From a virus (taxonomy: Duplodnaviria > Heunggongvirae > Uroviricota > Caudoviricetes), in IMG/VR virus record IMGVR_UViG_2851976983_000003: a DNA stretch of 45,144 bases. One strand, written 5' to 3'. Positions 1 to 14,481 of this stretch are shown here, in pieces. The position numbers and the translations under genes are program-made. The notes under the pieces are model-generated. The model saw only the letters and a list, made by a program, of their open reading frames with translations. It was not told the DNA's origin and searched no databases. Positions within the stretch are counted from its first letter, which is position 1; each line of letters opens with the position of its first letter.

Positions 1-267
1 TTACTCTGCAGGTGAAGTCGGCCACTCAATATCAGGTGCGGTTGATGTATCAACACGGTTCAGCAACACCCGATACTTCTTCCAGGCTTCCAGCAACGAG
101 TTTTCTTCCTCCGTTGCGATCTCCAGATCTACAGCATCCTGAAGTGGCGCAATATGCTCACTGAATTCCTGGATGTAGAACTGTGTGGTGACGGTCTTCC
201 AGCCATTCGGCTCCTGCTGTATCGAAGCATACCAGGCTATTTCAATATCGCTATGCTGCGGCAGCAT
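1..267 (-). CDS. Tail fibre assembly (Tfa)-like protein, C-terminal-domain fragment; lacks the conserved Tfa N-terminus
   Basis: C-terminal ~40 aa ([29 protein letters not shown]) align with the C-termini of the full-length Tfa copies at 2519-3049 and 3078-3611; the upstream part is replaced by AT-rich DNA. Confidence 0.5.
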   Translation of the reverse strand: MLPQHSDIEIAWYASIQQEPNGWKTVTTQFYIQEFSEHIAPLQDAVDLEIATEEENSLLEAWKKYRVLLNRVDTSTAPDIEWPTSPAE

Positions 268-323
268 TTAACCCCTTGTAATTCATCGCCATAATTGATT
301 TAATTCATAAACAAAACTATAAC

Positions 324-992
324 ATGGTGAAATTAATGAAAAAAAACACACATGATGGGGCTAAAATTTACACACCACTTACCCTAAAGCTTTATGACTG
401 GTGGGTTTTGGGAGTATCAAATCGTCTTGCATGGGGATGTCCTACAAAGGAACACCTTCTTCCACACTTTCTGGAACATTTAGGTAACAACCATCTGGAT
501 ATTGGTGTTGGAACTGGTTTTTACCTCACTCACGTACCTGAGAGTAGTCTGATATCTTTAATGGATTTGAACGAAGCTAGCCTGAACGCGGCATCTACAA
601 GGGCTGGGGAATCAAAAATTAAACATAAAATTAGCCATGATGTTTTTGAACCTTATCCCGCGGCGTTACATGGTCAATTTGATTCCATTTCCATGTTTTA
701 CCTTCTTCACTGCCTGCCTGGAAATATATCTACAAAAAGCTGTGTAATACGCAATGCTGCGCAGGCCTTAACTGACGATGGAACTCTATACGGAGCCACA
801 ATTCTTGGCGATGGAGTTGTGCACAATAGCTTCGGTCAAAAACTGATGCGCATTTACAATCAGAAAGGCATCTTTTCAAACACAAAAGATTCCGAAGAAG
901 GCTTAACACATATACTCTCAGAGCATTTCGAGAATGTTAAAACCAAGGTTCAAGGTACTGTAGTAATGTTTTCCGCTTCAGGGAAAAAATAG
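324..992 (+). CDS. Class I SAM-dependent methyltransferase-like protein (moron, AT-rich)
   Basis: Motif I-like LDIGVGTGFY followed by an acidic beta-2 end (LMDLNEASL) and a downstream DVFEP...FDSISMFYLLHCLP segment; GC content visibly lower than the flanking phage genes. Confidence 0.5.
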   Translation: MVKLMKKNTHDGAKIYTPLTLKLYDWWVLGVSNRLAWGCPTKEHLLPHFLEHLGNNHLDIGVGTGFYLTHVPESSLISLMDLNEASLNAASTRAGESKIKHKISHDVFEPYPAALHGQFDSISMFYLLHCLPGNISTKSCVIRNAAQALTDDGTLYGATILGDGVVHNSFGQKLMRIYNQKGIFSNTKDSEEGLTHILSEHFENVKTKVQGTVVMFSASGKK

Positions 993-1067
993 CATCCAAC
1001 CGCAGCACGTTCTTGCTTAAGACGTGCTGCGGCATAATCCCAATGATTACTCCCTGACAGGGTTCGT

Positions 1068-1145
1068 AGGCCACTCAACATCAGGTGCAGTTGATGTATC
1101 AACACGGTTCAGCAACACCCGATACTTTTTCCAGGCTTCCACCAC
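1068..1145. repeat. Second copy of a ~78 bp direct repeat (first copy ~20-97) corresponding to a tfa 3' end
   Basis: Near-identical nucleotide strings ...ggccactcaa(t/c)atcaggtgc(g/a)gttgatgtatcaacacggttcagcaacacccgatactt... at both positions, bracketing the methyltransferase-like gene. Confidence 0.65.
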
Positions 1146-1178
1146 CAGCACGACAAGATGCCGCATACAGTGACCCAG

Positions 1179-1397
1179 TCAGTCCAGTTTCCAGACAACC
1201 AGTGCGTCACCTTTTTGAAGGCGCTTTAAAGCACGTTTTAATCCAGGTCGGCCTGTCCTTGTTCCGCTTAATTTATCTTCAAATATTTGTTCACATCCTG
1301 CACAAACAAGAGCGTTTCGTTGCAGGCCTGTATTCTGGTCATTTGTTGATACCCTTACATAGCCAATCAGCACGCTGAATCTCCCGTCCAAAAGCAC
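1179..1397 (-). pseudogene. pin: Pin/Gin/Hin-family serine DNA invertase, 5' fragment only (about 64 N-terminal codons, then fused to the tfa 3' remnant)
   Basis: Translation VLIGYVRVSTNDQNTGLQRNALVCAGCEQIFEDKLSGTRTGRPGLKRALKRLQKGDALVVWKLD matches the invertase N-terminus including the catalytic-serine region, then stops; the family is ~180-190 aa. Confidence 0.75.
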
Positions 1398-1427
1398 AAA
1401 TCATGCCATGCAGGCCAGAAACGGCCA

Positions 1428-1453
1428 TTATCTAAAACCTCGGTTTACAGGAA
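1428..1453. other. Inversion crossover site (gix/hix-like, 26 bp), outer boundary of the invertible tail-fibre segment
   Basis: ttatctaaaacctcggtttacaggaa is the reverse complement of a near-identical 26-mer at 4559-4584 (23/26 identical), and lies between the pin fragment and the alternative fibre segment. Confidence 0.65.
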
Positions 1454-1477
1454 ACGGTAAACAGGGCCAGGAACGCC

Positions 1478-2518
1478 GTGCAAAAAACTGGCGATACCTT
1501 GTCCGGTGGGCTTACTTTTGCAAACGACTCAATCCTTGCCTGGATTAGAAATACTGACTGGGCAAAGATTGGTTTTAAAAATGATGCTGACAGCGATACT
1601 GATTCATTCATGTGGTTTGAAACAGGCGACAACGGCAATGAATATTTCAAATGGAGAAGCCGCCAGGGCACCACAACAAAAGACCTGATGAATCTTAAAA
1701 GGGATGCTTTGTATGTTCTTGTTAAAGCCCTTTTCAGCAGTGAAGTAAAAATATCGACAGTCAATGCACTGAGGATTTTTAATTCATCCTTTGGTGCTAT
1801 TTTTCGCCGTTCTGAAGAAAGCCTGTATATCATCCCTACACGAGAAAATGAGGGTGAAAATGGAGATATTGGGCCATTAAGGCCATTCAGCATCGACTTA
1901 AGAACAGGAGTTGTGTCTGTTGGTAATGGTGCCAGGATTGATGGCGGGCTGGCACTTGGCACGAATAACGCGTTGGGTGGGAACTCAATTGTTCTTGGTG
2001 ATAATGATACCGGATTTAAACAGAATGGAGACGGTATTCTTGATGTTTATGCTAATAGTCAGCGTGTATTCCGCTTTCAGAATGGAGTGGCTATTGCTTT
2101 TAAAAATATTCAGGCTGGGGATGGTAAAAAATTTACGCTATCCAGCTCCAACAACTCCACGAAGAACGTAGGGTTTAATTTATGGGGGGCTTCATCAAGA
2201 CCAACTGTTGCAGAGCTTGGTGATGATTCAGGCTGGCATTTCTATAGTCAGCGAAATACAGATAACTCAGTAATATTTGCTGTTAACGGTCAGATACAGC
2301 CCAGCAACTGGGGGAATTTTGATTCCCGCTATGTGAAAGATGTTCGCCTGGGTACGCGTGTTGTTCAATTGATGGCGCGTGGTGGTCGTTATGAAAAAGC
2401 CGGACACGCAATTACCGGATTAAGAATCATTGGTGAAGTAGATGGCGATGATGAAGCCATCTTCAGACCAATACAAAAATACATCAATGGCACATGGTAT
2501 AACGTCGCACAGGTGTAA
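1478..2518 (+). CDS. Alternative side-tail-fibre C-terminal variable segment (Sv'-like); expressed only after inversion fuses it to the stf constant part
   Basis: The frame is open back through the crossover site (…ETVNRARNAVQKTGDTLSGG…) and matches the ETVN junction in the stf C-part; fibre-like Gly/Asn-rich sequence followed directly by a tfa gene. Confidence 0.7.
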   Translation: MQKTGDTLSGGLTFANDSILAWIRNTDWAKIGFKNDADSDTDSFMWFETGDNGNEYFKWRSRQGTTTKDLMNLKRDALYVLVKALFSSEVKISTVNALRIFNSSFGAIFRRSEESLYIIPTRENEGENGDIGPLRPFSIDLRTGVVSVGNGARIDGGLALGTNNALGGNSIVLGDNDTGFKQNGDGILDVYANSQRVFRFQNGVAIAFKNIQAGDGKKFTLSSSNNSTKNVGFNLWGASSRPTVAELGDDSGWHFYSQRNTDNSVIFAVNGQIQPSNWGNFDSRYVKDVRLGTRVVQLMARGGRYEKAGHAITGLRIIGEVDGDDEAIFRPIQKYINGTWYNVAQV

Positions 2519-3049
2519 ATGATGCAGCATTTAAAAAATATTAAGTCAGGAAGTCCAAAAACAAAAGAGCAATATCAGCTAACAAAGAATTTTGATGTTA
2601 TCTGGTTATGGTCCGAAGACGGAAAAAACTGGTATGAGGAAGTGAAGAACTTTCAGCCAGACACCATAAAGATTGTTTACGATGAAAATAATATTATTGT
2701 CGCTATCACCAGAGATGCTTCAACGCTTAATCCTGAAGGTTTTAGCGTTGTTGAGGTTCCTGATATTACCTCCAACCGACGTGCTGACGACTCAGGTAAA
2801 TGGATGTTTAAGGATGGTGCTGTGGTTAAACGGATTTATACGGCTGACGAACAGCAACAACAGGCCGAATCACAAAAGGCCGCGTTACTTTCCGAAGCAG
2901 AAAGCGTTATTCAGCCACTGGAACGCGCTGTCAGGCTGAATATGGCAACAGACGAGGAACGCACACGACTGGAAGCATGGGAACGCTACAGTGTTCTGGT
3001 CAGCCGTGTGGATACGGCAAATCCTGAATGGCCACAAAAGCCTGAATAA
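2519..3049 (+). CDS. tfa: Tail fibre assembly protein (Tfa', partner of the alternative fibre segment)
   Basis: 176 aa; [25 protein letters not shown]… typical Tfa N-terminus and C-terminal [14 protein letters not shown] motif; start overlaps the stop of the preceding gene. Confidence 0.85.
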   Translation: MMQHLKNIKSGSPKTKEQYQLTKNFDVIWLWSEDGKNWYEEVKNFQPDTIKIVYDENNIIVAITRDASTLNPEGFSVVEVPDITSNRRADDSGKWMFKDGAVVKRIYTADEQQQQAESQKAALLSEAESVIQPLERAVRLNMATDEERTRLEAWERYSVLVSRVDTANPEWPQKPE

Positions 3050-3075
3050 AAATTAAGGCCCGATAGCGGGCCTCG
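3044..3075. terminator. Hairpin between the convergent tfa genes (bidirectional terminator candidate)
   Basis: aggcccg-atag-cgggcct stem-loop flanked by an A/T run. Confidence 0.5.
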
Positions 3076-3077
3076 TC

Positions 3078-3611
3078 TCATTCAGGTTGTTCGGGAAATG
3101 TTACTGGCAGGCTGGAGGTGTCTGTAGATTCGACTTTCTGCGCATAGAGCATCCACTCGGTTAATTTTTGTTTATTCTCGTCGGAAATGATGCCCAGCCG
3201 TAGCTGTGAGTCCCATAGCTGGGTTTTATCCCTGACAAGTTGCAACAGGCTTTGCTTTTCATTCTCTGCCTGCTGCCTCTGTTCCTCTTCGGTATAAGTT
3301 CGCTTTATCACTACGCCATCTTTGAACATCCATTTACCCGAAATATCAGCCCGGCGATTTGCTGTAATATCAGGTAATTCAACGACGCTTGCGCCTTCCG
3401 GATTAATTGCTGAAACATCCTTTTCAATACAAATAATAACGCCGTTATGGTCATAGACCATTTTCAAAGTGTCTGGCCGGAAATTCTTTTGTTCCTCATA
3501 CCAGTTTTTTCCATCATCTGAATAAAGCCATCTGATGTTAAATTGCTTTGTTAGCTGGTATTGCTCTTTTGTTTTAGGATTGCCAGCAGTAATGTTTTTT
3601 AAGTGCATCAT
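3078..3611 (-). CDS. tfa: Tail fibre assembly protein Tfa
   Basis: 177 aa, [24 protein letters not shown]…; directly downstream of the stf C-terminal segment. Confidence 0.85.
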   Translation of the reverse strand: MMHLKNITAGNPKTKEQYQLTKQFNIRWLYSDDGKNWYEEQKNFRPDTLKMVYDHNGVIICIEKDVSAINPEGASVVELPDITANRRADISGKWMFKDGVVIKRTYTEEEQRQQAENEKQSLLQLVRDKTQLWDSQLRLGIISDENKQKLTEWMLYAQKVESTDTSSLPVTFPEQPE

Positions 3612-3613
3612 AA

Positions 3614-7891
<4,278 letters not shown>

Positions 7892-7907
7892 ATTCCCCCC
7901 CCCCACA

Positions 7908-7936
7908 AAAAAGCCCGCCTGAACCGGCGGGCTGTC
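7908..7936 (-). terminator. Rho-independent terminator downstream of lom
   Basis: On the minus strand agcccgcc-ggttc-aggcgggct followed by a T run. Confidence 0.55.
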
Positions 7937-7959
7937 ATAACACTGTGTTACCTGGCTAA

Positions 7960-8559
7960 TCAGAATTTATAGCCGACACCCACGATGAAACTGTTGGTAC
8001 GCCAGTCACCGCTGCCGGAGCCTTCATAAGCGACATCAACGGCCACGGATTCGGTCGGGTTAAACTGCACGCCAGCTCCCCACGCCAGAGAGGTATTGCT
8101 GTGGCGACCGTCATCACTTCCGGTCAGCACGTCGTGCGTTTTCCCCTTGTTGTCAGTTACGCGGAGATAATCCCCGGAGAAAGTCGACACACGGCTGTAA
8201 GCCATACCCGCCATCGCATACGCGCTGAACCATTCATTCACGCGTACAGACGGCCCCGCCATCACGCTGAACCAGCGGTTACGCACGGAATCTTCATGCC
8301 AGCGGGTATCGCTGTAATGCGTTTTTTGCTCATCTTTGGCATTGGCATAACTGAATGACGTCACCAGCCCCAGCGTGTCCGTAAACTCATAACGGTATTT
8401 CACGTTAATCCCGTTCAGATTATCGCTGCCGGGAGCGTTCGTACGGGCATGAAGATACCCCGCGCTCAGTGTGGACTGATGTTCAGACGCCCATGCAGGC
8501 GCACCGGATACGGACAGACAGATGGCTGCGGACAGAATAACAGCACATAATTTACGCAT
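7960..8559 (-). CDS. lom: Outer membrane protein Lom (Ail/Lom family)
   Basis: 199 aa, near-colinear with lambda Lom (MRKL…AAICL.VSGAPAWASEHQSTLSAGYLHA… ending GVGYKF). Confidence 0.9.
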   Translation of the reverse strand: MRKLCAVILSAAICLSVSGAPAWASEHQSTLSAGYLHARTNAPGSDNLNGINVKYRYEFTDTLGLVTSFSYANAKDEQKTHYSDTRWHEDSVRNRWFSVMAGPSVRVNEWFSAYAMAGMAYSRVSTFSGDYLRVTDNKGKTHDVLTGSDDGRHSNTSLAWGAGVQFNPTESVAVDVAYEGSGSGDWRTNSFIVGVGYKF

Positions 8560-8626
8560 AATTACCTCTCGCTTTTCTGCAATAAAAAAGGCGCCATTTC
8601 TGGCGCCCGTATATGGGTTATAAAAT

Positions 8627-11600
8627 TCAGCTGATACTGATGCCTGCGGTGGCTTTCTTCATCACCACAACCAGCAAATCGCTGATACTTGCTGTGGGAT
8701 ACCAGTTATTCACCAGCCATGCTGATACCGAAAACTCCAGCGTCATGTGACCGTGACCGGCAGGCATATCAATAACGCCACTGTAAATCAGCGTATTATC
8801 CAGCGCGGTACGGTTATAAATTTCAGCACCGTTTTTCCGCACTATCAGACGGCATGAGGAGTAAATATCAGTATGCTCTCTCTCATGCTTAGCGCCACTG
8901 AATGCCACCGCCGGAATAACAATTTGCCGGTCAAACGGCTGATCGTCATAAACCCTGACGGTAATGGTCCCTGATGGCCACCGCTCCGGTGCACGGGAGT
9001 CCCGGGGGAAAGCTTTGCCCACTGTTTTAACGAGATCGCCTTCAATCTGGTTCGCGGACAGTTTTCCCAGAACCCGGCAGTTCTCGTTAATCGTGACGTT
9101 GTTGAGCGTCCCGGAGTTCGCATTCACACTGCCACTGATATCCGCATTTTTAGCGGTCAGCTTTCCGTCCGGTGTCAGGGAAAATGCCGGAGGATTACCG
9201 CCGCTGGTAATGGTGGGAGCCGTCAGATATTTCAGGAACACTTCGTTCATGAATATCTGATCGCCCTGACCAACAAACATCGGCTTTGTGTTGCCATTCG
9301 CAGGATTAATCATCGCAATCCTGTCTGCCGCCAGCAGCACCTGACTCTGCATGCCTGCTGGCGTATTCTCAATACCGGCACCGATACCCGCGATATAAAG
9401 GCGTCCGTCCTGCATCTGCTGCAGCTTCACAGCCCACATGCTGTTCAGGTTATTATTTGTATCAACCTGAACCTTCTGTATCTGCTGGATCGCTGCACTC
9501 TGGTCTTCCAGTTTCTTATTGACGGTCTGTGTGATTTCATTGCTGACATCCGTAATGGATGTCCTGATTTCAGCCAGGTCAGGCGCAAGCTGACCGTTAT
9601 CAATCTGCGTCCACAGCTCCTGAGCCAGATGGGTTTTCCCTATCTCGCCTTTGAAAAAATCCAGATAGCCGGATGCGTCATCACTCGGCTGACCAACAGC
9701 CTCCACGAATGCCGATTTGCCAACGGTGTTCACACTGCGAACGTAAAAATAATAATTATGGCCCGGCCTGATATTGATACTGGCGGCTATCCAGTACAGC
9801 GCCGTGCCAAGATAGCGTGCTGTGGTTTCAACCTGCCTGATATCCGCAATCCGCTTTTCCGAGAACCAGAACTCAAACTGTACCGTCGGATCATAAACCG
9901 CAAGATGCGGCGTGGCGGTTATCTGAAAATAGCCCGGCGTCAGCTCAATCCGCGACGGTGCTGCCGGTGCGGCAATCCGGAACGATACCGATGCCGGATC
10001 GCCCTGCTGTCCCCACGCATTTACCGCCCGGACTGTCAGCCTGTAATTTCCCAGCGCCAGTTGCGTGAAGCGGTATGTGGTTTCCGTCGTCCTGGCTGTG
10101 CTGACCAGCCGCTCACTGCCGTCATCCGCTGTCACGGTCAGACGGAGCAGGAAACTCACGCCCTTCACCACCTTCGGCGTGTCCCAGCGGGCCAGTACCT
10201 GATACTCCCCGCTGTCTGCGGTGACTTCGGCAGTCAGGTGCTGCACTGCTGGCGGCGTGACACCATTCACCGTGCCGCTCTGGTCGCCGTCAAAGTGCGC
10301 CCCGTTATCCACGATGGCTTCTTTTTCCGGTACATGCTGCACGGCGGTGATGGCATACGTGCCGTCGTCGTTCTCACGGATACTCACGCAGCGGAACAGG
10401 CGCTGGCGTAGCGTCGGCAGCTTCAGCCCCCATACGCTGTATCCGGCAACGCCGTCAGGAACACGGCTCACTTTTACCTTCACGCCGTCGGTGACGGACT
10501 GGACCTCCACGCTGACCGGATTGCCACTTCCGTCAACCAGGCTTATCAGCGTGGTACCGGAGGATGGCAGCGTGATTTCACGGTCGAGCGTCAGCGTCCG
10601 GGTCTGGCTGTTCACCGCCAGCACGCGCCCGCCGGTGCTGATCCCCGCATAGTCATCATCGCAGATTTCAATGACATCGCCCGGCACATGGAGAAGCCCT
10701 TCCGCACCCACGCTGAAGTCCACGGTCTGCGTTTCCAGTAGTTCCGTTTTAATCAGCCACAGCCCGGCGCGGTGCGCCTGCCCCCGGCTGGTACAGCCAA
10801 AAGCATCCATCTTCGTGACGTTACGACCGTAACGGGCAATGGCCTGCGTGTCCTCCACAAGCTCTGTCGCCGTCTCCCAGCCGTTATTCGGGTCAATCCA
10901 GTTCACCTCAACGGCATTATGGCGGTCCTTCAGGGCGCTGAAGCTGTAGCGGAACGGCGCACCATCATCCGGCATCACCACATTACTGCGGTTATAGGTC
11001 CACACCTTATCCGACGGTCGGTCCTGCACGAACGTCAGCGTCTGCCCGTTCCATACCGGCATACAGCGCATCGCCGAGCAGAAATCACTGAGAACATCCC
11101 ACGCCTTGCGCTGTGTGGTCAGCCAGGCATTACAGGTGATGCGCGGCTCCGTGCCACCAAAGCCATCCGGCACCGACTGGTCGCAATTCTGGCCGATGAC
11201 ATACAGCGCCCATTTGTCCACATCCGCCGCACCGAGACGCTTCCCCATGCCGTAGCGCGGATGGGTCAGCATATCCCACAGACACCAGGCCATGTTGTTG
11301 CTGTATGCTGGCTTAAACGTTCCGTCCCAGATACCGCTGTATTGCCGCGTCTGCGGGTTATAGTTCGACGGCACCTGCAGAATGCGCCCGCGAAGATGAT
11401 AATTACGGCTCACCTGCTGGCTGCCGAACTGTTCCGAGTCCACCTGCACGCCGACCAGTGTCGTGTTCGGGTAGCACTGTTTCACATCGATGATTTCGGT
11501 GTATGACGACCAGAGCGTTTTGTTCTGCAGCTGGTCTGTGGTGCTGTCCGGCGTCATTCTGCGCATCCGGATATTAAACGGGCGCGGCGGCAGGTTATCC

Positions 11601-12106
11601 ACCACCACCGAGGCCAGATACTGCGAGGTGGTTTTGCCCTTAATGGTGATGTCTTTTTCCGTCACCCAGCCACCATTACGCTGTATCTGAACCAGCAGGC
11701 GAACTTCCGACGGATTCCGGTCCCCCTTTGAGGTGGTTTCCACCAGTGCCTGCACACCGAAGGTAAAGCGCAGTCGGTCGATGTTTGCCGACGTGATGGC
11801 GCGGGTGATCGGCGTGTCGTATTTCACTTCCGTACCCAACACCGTCTCGGAGCCGGAGGATTCAAATCCCTCCGGCGGAGTCTGCTCCTGCTCACCAGCC
11901 CGGAACACCACCGTGACACCGGCGATGTTGGTATTCCCATCACTGTCCAGCACCGGCGTACTGTTCAGCAGCACGCTTTTTAATCCATCCACCGGACCTT
12001 CAATCGGCCCTTCACTGATGGCATCAATCACACTCAGCAACTGCGTGGACTTCAGGTTGTCCTTCGCTTCGCGCGGGGTATGCCCCTTACTGCTTCCTTT
12101 ACCCAT
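8627..12106 (-). CDS. J: Host specificity / central tail fibre protein J
   Basis: 1159 aa, lambda J-like throughout; position after I and before lom. Confidence 0.95.
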   Translation of the reverse strand: MGKGSSKGHTPREAKDNLKSTQLLSVIDAISEGPIEGPVDGLKSVLLNSTPVLDSDGNTNIAGVTVVFRAGEQEQTPPEGFESSGSETVLGTEVKYDTPITRAITSANIDRLRFTFGVQALVETTSKGDRNPSEVRLLVQIQRNGGWVTEKDITIKGKTTSQYLASVVVDNLPPRPFNIRMRRMTPDSTTDQLQNKTLWSSYTEIIDVKQCYPNTTLVGVQVDSEQFGSQQVSRNYHLRGRILQVPSNYNPQTRQYSGIWDGTFKPAYSNNMAWCLWDMLTHPRYGMGKRLGAADVDKWALYVIGQNCDQSVPDGFGGTEPRITCNAWLTTQRKAWDVLSDFCSAMRCMPVWNGQTLTFVQDRPSDKVWTYNRSNVVMPDDGAPFRYSFSALKDRHNAVEVNWIDPNNGWETATELVEDTQAIARYGRNVTKMDAFGCTSRGQAHRAGLWLIKTELLETQTVDFSVGAEGLLHVPGDVIEICDDDYAGISTGGRVLAVNSQTRTLTLDREITLPSSGTTLISLVDGSGNPVSVEVQSVTDGVKVKVSRVPDGVAGYSVWGLKLPTLRQRLFRCVSIRENDDGTYAITAVQHVPEKEAIVDNGAHFDGDQSGTVNGVTPPAVQHLTAEVTADSGEYQVLARWDTPKVVKGVSFLLRLTVTADDGSERLVSTARTTETTYRFTQLALGNYRLTVRAVNAWGQQGDPASVSFRIAAPAAPSRIELTPGYFQITATPHLAVYDPTVQFEFWFSEKRIADIRQVETTARYLGTALYWIAASINIRPGHNYYFYVRSVNTVGKSAFVEAVGQPSDDASGYLDFFKGEIGKTHLAQELWTQIDNGQLAPDLAEIRTSITDVSNEITQTVNKKLEDQSAAIQQIQKVQVDTNNNLNSMWAVKLQQMQDGRLYIAGIGAGIENTPAGMQSQVLLAADRIAMINPANGNTKPMFVGQGDQIFMNEVFLKYLTAPTITSGGNPPAFSLTPDGKLTAKNADISGSVNANSGTLNNVTINENCRVLGKLSANQIEGDLVKTVGKAFPRDSRAPERWPSGTITVRVYDDQPFDRQIVIPAVAFSGAKHEREHTDIYSSCRLIVRKNGAEIYNRTALDNTLIYSGVIDMPAGHGHMTLEFSVSAWLVNNWYPTASISDLLVVVMKKATAGISIS

Positions 12107-12166
12107 TCCTCACGCTCCATAAACGACAAAACCGCCCGCAGGCGGTTTCACATAAAACATTTTGCA

Positions 12167-12808
12167 TCAGCGACCAATCACCACAACCTGACCACCATCC
12201 CCTTCGTCTGCCGTGCTGATCTCCTGAGAAACCACGCGTGACCCCACGCGCATTTCACCGTACAGAACAGGCAGAACATTGCCCTGGGCAACCATGTTAT
12301 CCAGTGAAGAAAAATAGGTGTTCTGTTTGCCGTTATCCGTTGTCTGTGTGCGGGGGGTTTTGGGTTTAGGGGCCAGCATCTGTGCAACACCGCCAAGCGT
12401 CATACTGGCACCGAGAGAAAACAGCAGATTACTCGCCATAATTCCTACCCCCGGCATCCATATAGCAACCGCCATAACAGCCGCCCCCAGCACAGCCTGA
12501 AACACACCGCCACTTTTGGCTCCCGCCAGACGCGGCACGATATGGATCACAGCACCATTTGCCAGCGGTTCATTAAGACGGGCTGATAATTCCGTTTCAC
12601 CTGTATCACGCCCGGCAATGCGTACCTGATACCAGCCGTCGCTCAGCTTCTGACGAAACGCCGGGATCTGCATGGCCAGCGCCCGGATGGCTTCGGCCCC
12701 CGTTTTCACACGCAGATCGATGCGGCGGCCAAATCGTTGTAAATCCCCGTAAAGGCAGATACGTGCCATGCCTGGTGACGCCAGAGGGAGTGTGTGCGTC
12801 GCTGCCAT
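12167..12808 (-). CDS. I: Tail assembly protein I
   Basis: 213 aa, lambda gpI-like. Confidence 0.9.
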   Translation of the reverse strand: MAATHTLPLASPGMARICLYGDLQRFGRRIDLRVKTGAEAIRALAMQIPAFRQKLSDGWYQVRIAGRDTGETELSARLNEPLANGAVIHIVPRLAGAKSGGVFQAVLGAAVMAVAIWMPGVGIMASNLLFSLGASMTLGGVAQMLAPKPKTPRTQTTDNGKQNTYFSSLDNMVAQGNVLPVLYGEMRVGSRVVSQEISTADEGDGGQVVVIGR

Positions 12809-13449
12809 TTGTCGGTATACCTCTCTCGTTTGCTCAGTTGTTCAGGAATATGGTGCAGCAGCTCGCCGTCACCACAGTAAATGGCGGCATGATTCGGCAC
12901 CGATGAACCAAAGCAGCACAGCAGCACATCGCCCGGTTGTGCTGATGACAACGGCACCTGATACAGCCCTGTGGCCTCCAGATTATCCAGATAGAGATTC
13001 TGACCTGATTTCCACCAGTCATCATGTCGGTAAAAATCCGGCAAATCGATACCTGCAAGATGATAGGCATCGCGGAACAGCGTATAACAGTCTGTCACCC
13101 CGTGCTCAAAGCGCCGCCCGGTGAGATGCGGCACACAGCGGAACTTATGAATCACTCCCCGGCAGACCAGCCACCACGGCAAATCACTCTGCACCTGCAG
13201 CCGCCTGTCGGCCTCACTCAGCCAGGGCAGACCAGCGGGGTGGCTGTGGACCAGCGCCACAATCTCACCCTGCATTTCTGCCTGCAGCCAGTCTTCCGGC
13301 GACATACGGAAATACGCCTCCGGCTCACCGGAAATATTCACGCAGGGAAAATATCTTTCCCCCTCCGGCGCTCTCACCACGAAGCCGCACGACTCCGCTG
13401 GCGCACATCGCCGGGCGTGCGCCAGAATCGCTGATTCTGTCTCTGTCAT
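12706..13449 (-). CDS. K: Tail assembly protein K (NlpC/P60 + JAB/MPN-like)
   Basis: Start placed at MTETESAILAHARRCAPAESCGFV by homology with the lambda gpK N-terminus; HSHP metal-binding motif; the ORF track begins 14 codons earlier. Confidence 0.85.
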   Translation of the reverse strand: MTETESAILAHARRCAPAESCGFVVRAPEGERYFPCVNISGEPEAYFRMSPEDWLQAEMQGEIVALVHSHPAGLPWLSEADRRLQVQSDLPWWLVCRGVIHKFRCVPHLTGRRFEHGVTDCYTLFRDAYHLAGIDLPDFYRHDDWWKSGQNLYLDNLEATGLYQVPLSSAQPGDVLLCCFGSSVPNHAAIYCGDGELLHHIPEQLSKRERYTDKWQRRTHSLWRHQAWHVSAFTGIYNDLAAASICV

Positions 13450-13453
13450 GGGA

Positions 13454-14152
13454 TTACTGCGAAAGTTTGTTAATGGAAAGGAAGCCGCCAAAGTTGCCGA
13501 CGTTATTGCGAAACTTACAGCCGCTCAGGCATTTGCTGCATTTATCCTTCGTGATATCGGACGTCGGCTGATCATATTCATCCGCGACCGCCGGACCGTG
13601 ATAACCGCACTCATCGCCGCGATAGGTCCAGATGCAGGTGTTGGCCAGCATGATTCGTCCCGGAAAAACAGCGCCGTCCGTTTCCGTCGGCGTGGACAGT
13701 ACAAAAGAGGCACTGACCGCGCTCAGTTCGCTGCACTGCTCGATGCGCCAGCGGCTGATCACCTCCTGCTCCGGATCGGCGTCACTGTTTCCGTTGACGA
13801 AGTTCACCGCATCCAGAAAACGGGCGTAAACCTTACGCCGGACCACCGTTCCGCCGACCAGACTCTGCAGATCTTCCGCCATCCCGGTGACCATACCGTA
13901 CAGGTTAGAAACCGTCAGCGTGGGGCGCGTACTGGTGCCTTTGCCATTCAGTTCAAAACCACTCCCCTGAATGGGATACGGCTGATACTGTCGCCCCTGC
14001 CAGGTGACCGGCTCACCTTTTTCGTTCTGCTCATTACAGAAAAAATAACGTTCTCCACCGACCTCTGTCAGGTCGATTTCCCAGAGCACCACGCTGGCCG
14101 ACTGCTCCGCACGGGTGCATTCATTCAGTGTTTCCTGTCGGATATCCTGCAT
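13454..14152 (-). CDS. L: Minor tail protein L
   Basis: 232 aa, lambda gpL-like with C-terminal Cys cluster. Confidence 0.9.
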   Translation of the reverse strand: MQDIRQETLNECTRAEQSASVVLWEIDLTEVGGERYFFCNEQNEKGEPVTWQGRQYQPYPIQGSGFELNGKGTSTRPTLTVSNLYGMVTGMAEDLQSLVGGTVVRRKVYARFLDAVNFVNGNSDADPEQEVISRWRIEQCSELSAVSASFVLSTPTETDGAVFPGRIMLANTCIWTYRGDECGYHGPAVADEYDQPTSDITKDKCSKCLSGCKFRNNVGNFGGFLSINKLSQ

Positions 14153-14481
14153 CAGTTCACCACCTGTTCAAACTCTGCGCTGAACTCAACACGCAACATA
14201 CTGACCCGCGACGACCATTTTGCGCAGGTCACCTTTATCTGCCGGTAGCCATAAGGTGGCGTCCACAGAAAGGCCTTCCAGCCCCCGTGCTCAGCCAGAA
14301 ACGATTCCAGTGCCGTGGCCTCCTCACGGGAGACAGACAGCGTCACGCTGTACGTTTTCAGGTCAGCGTTCAGCCCGGCAGGCGCACGCTGAGAATAGCC
14401 ATCACCAAAGCGCACCTTTCTTACGGAAGGGGCCGAAGCCACATCCATACCGGGTTTCACTTTCCAGCGGAAGGTTTTCAT
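14152..14481 (-). CDS. M: Minor tail protein M
   Basis: 109 aa, lambda gpM-like. Confidence 0.9.
   Translation of the reverse strand: MKTFRWKVKPGMDVASAPSVRKVRFGDGYSQRAPAGLNADLKTYSVTLSVSREEATALESFLAEHGGWKAFLWTPPYGYRQIKVTCAKWSSRVSMLRVEFSAEFEQVVN

Noticed and set aside
1085-1378. 97-aa plus-strand ORF overlapping the pin fragment
   Set aside because: Lies antisense to the recognisable pin 5' fragment and tfa remnant; no support as a gene.
9629-11506. Plus-strand ORFs of 143-260 aa inside gene J (9629-10411, 10221-10652, 10772-11506)
   Set aside because: Antisense to a highly conserved lambda J-like gene; Arg/Cys-rich composition typical of GC-rich shadow frames.
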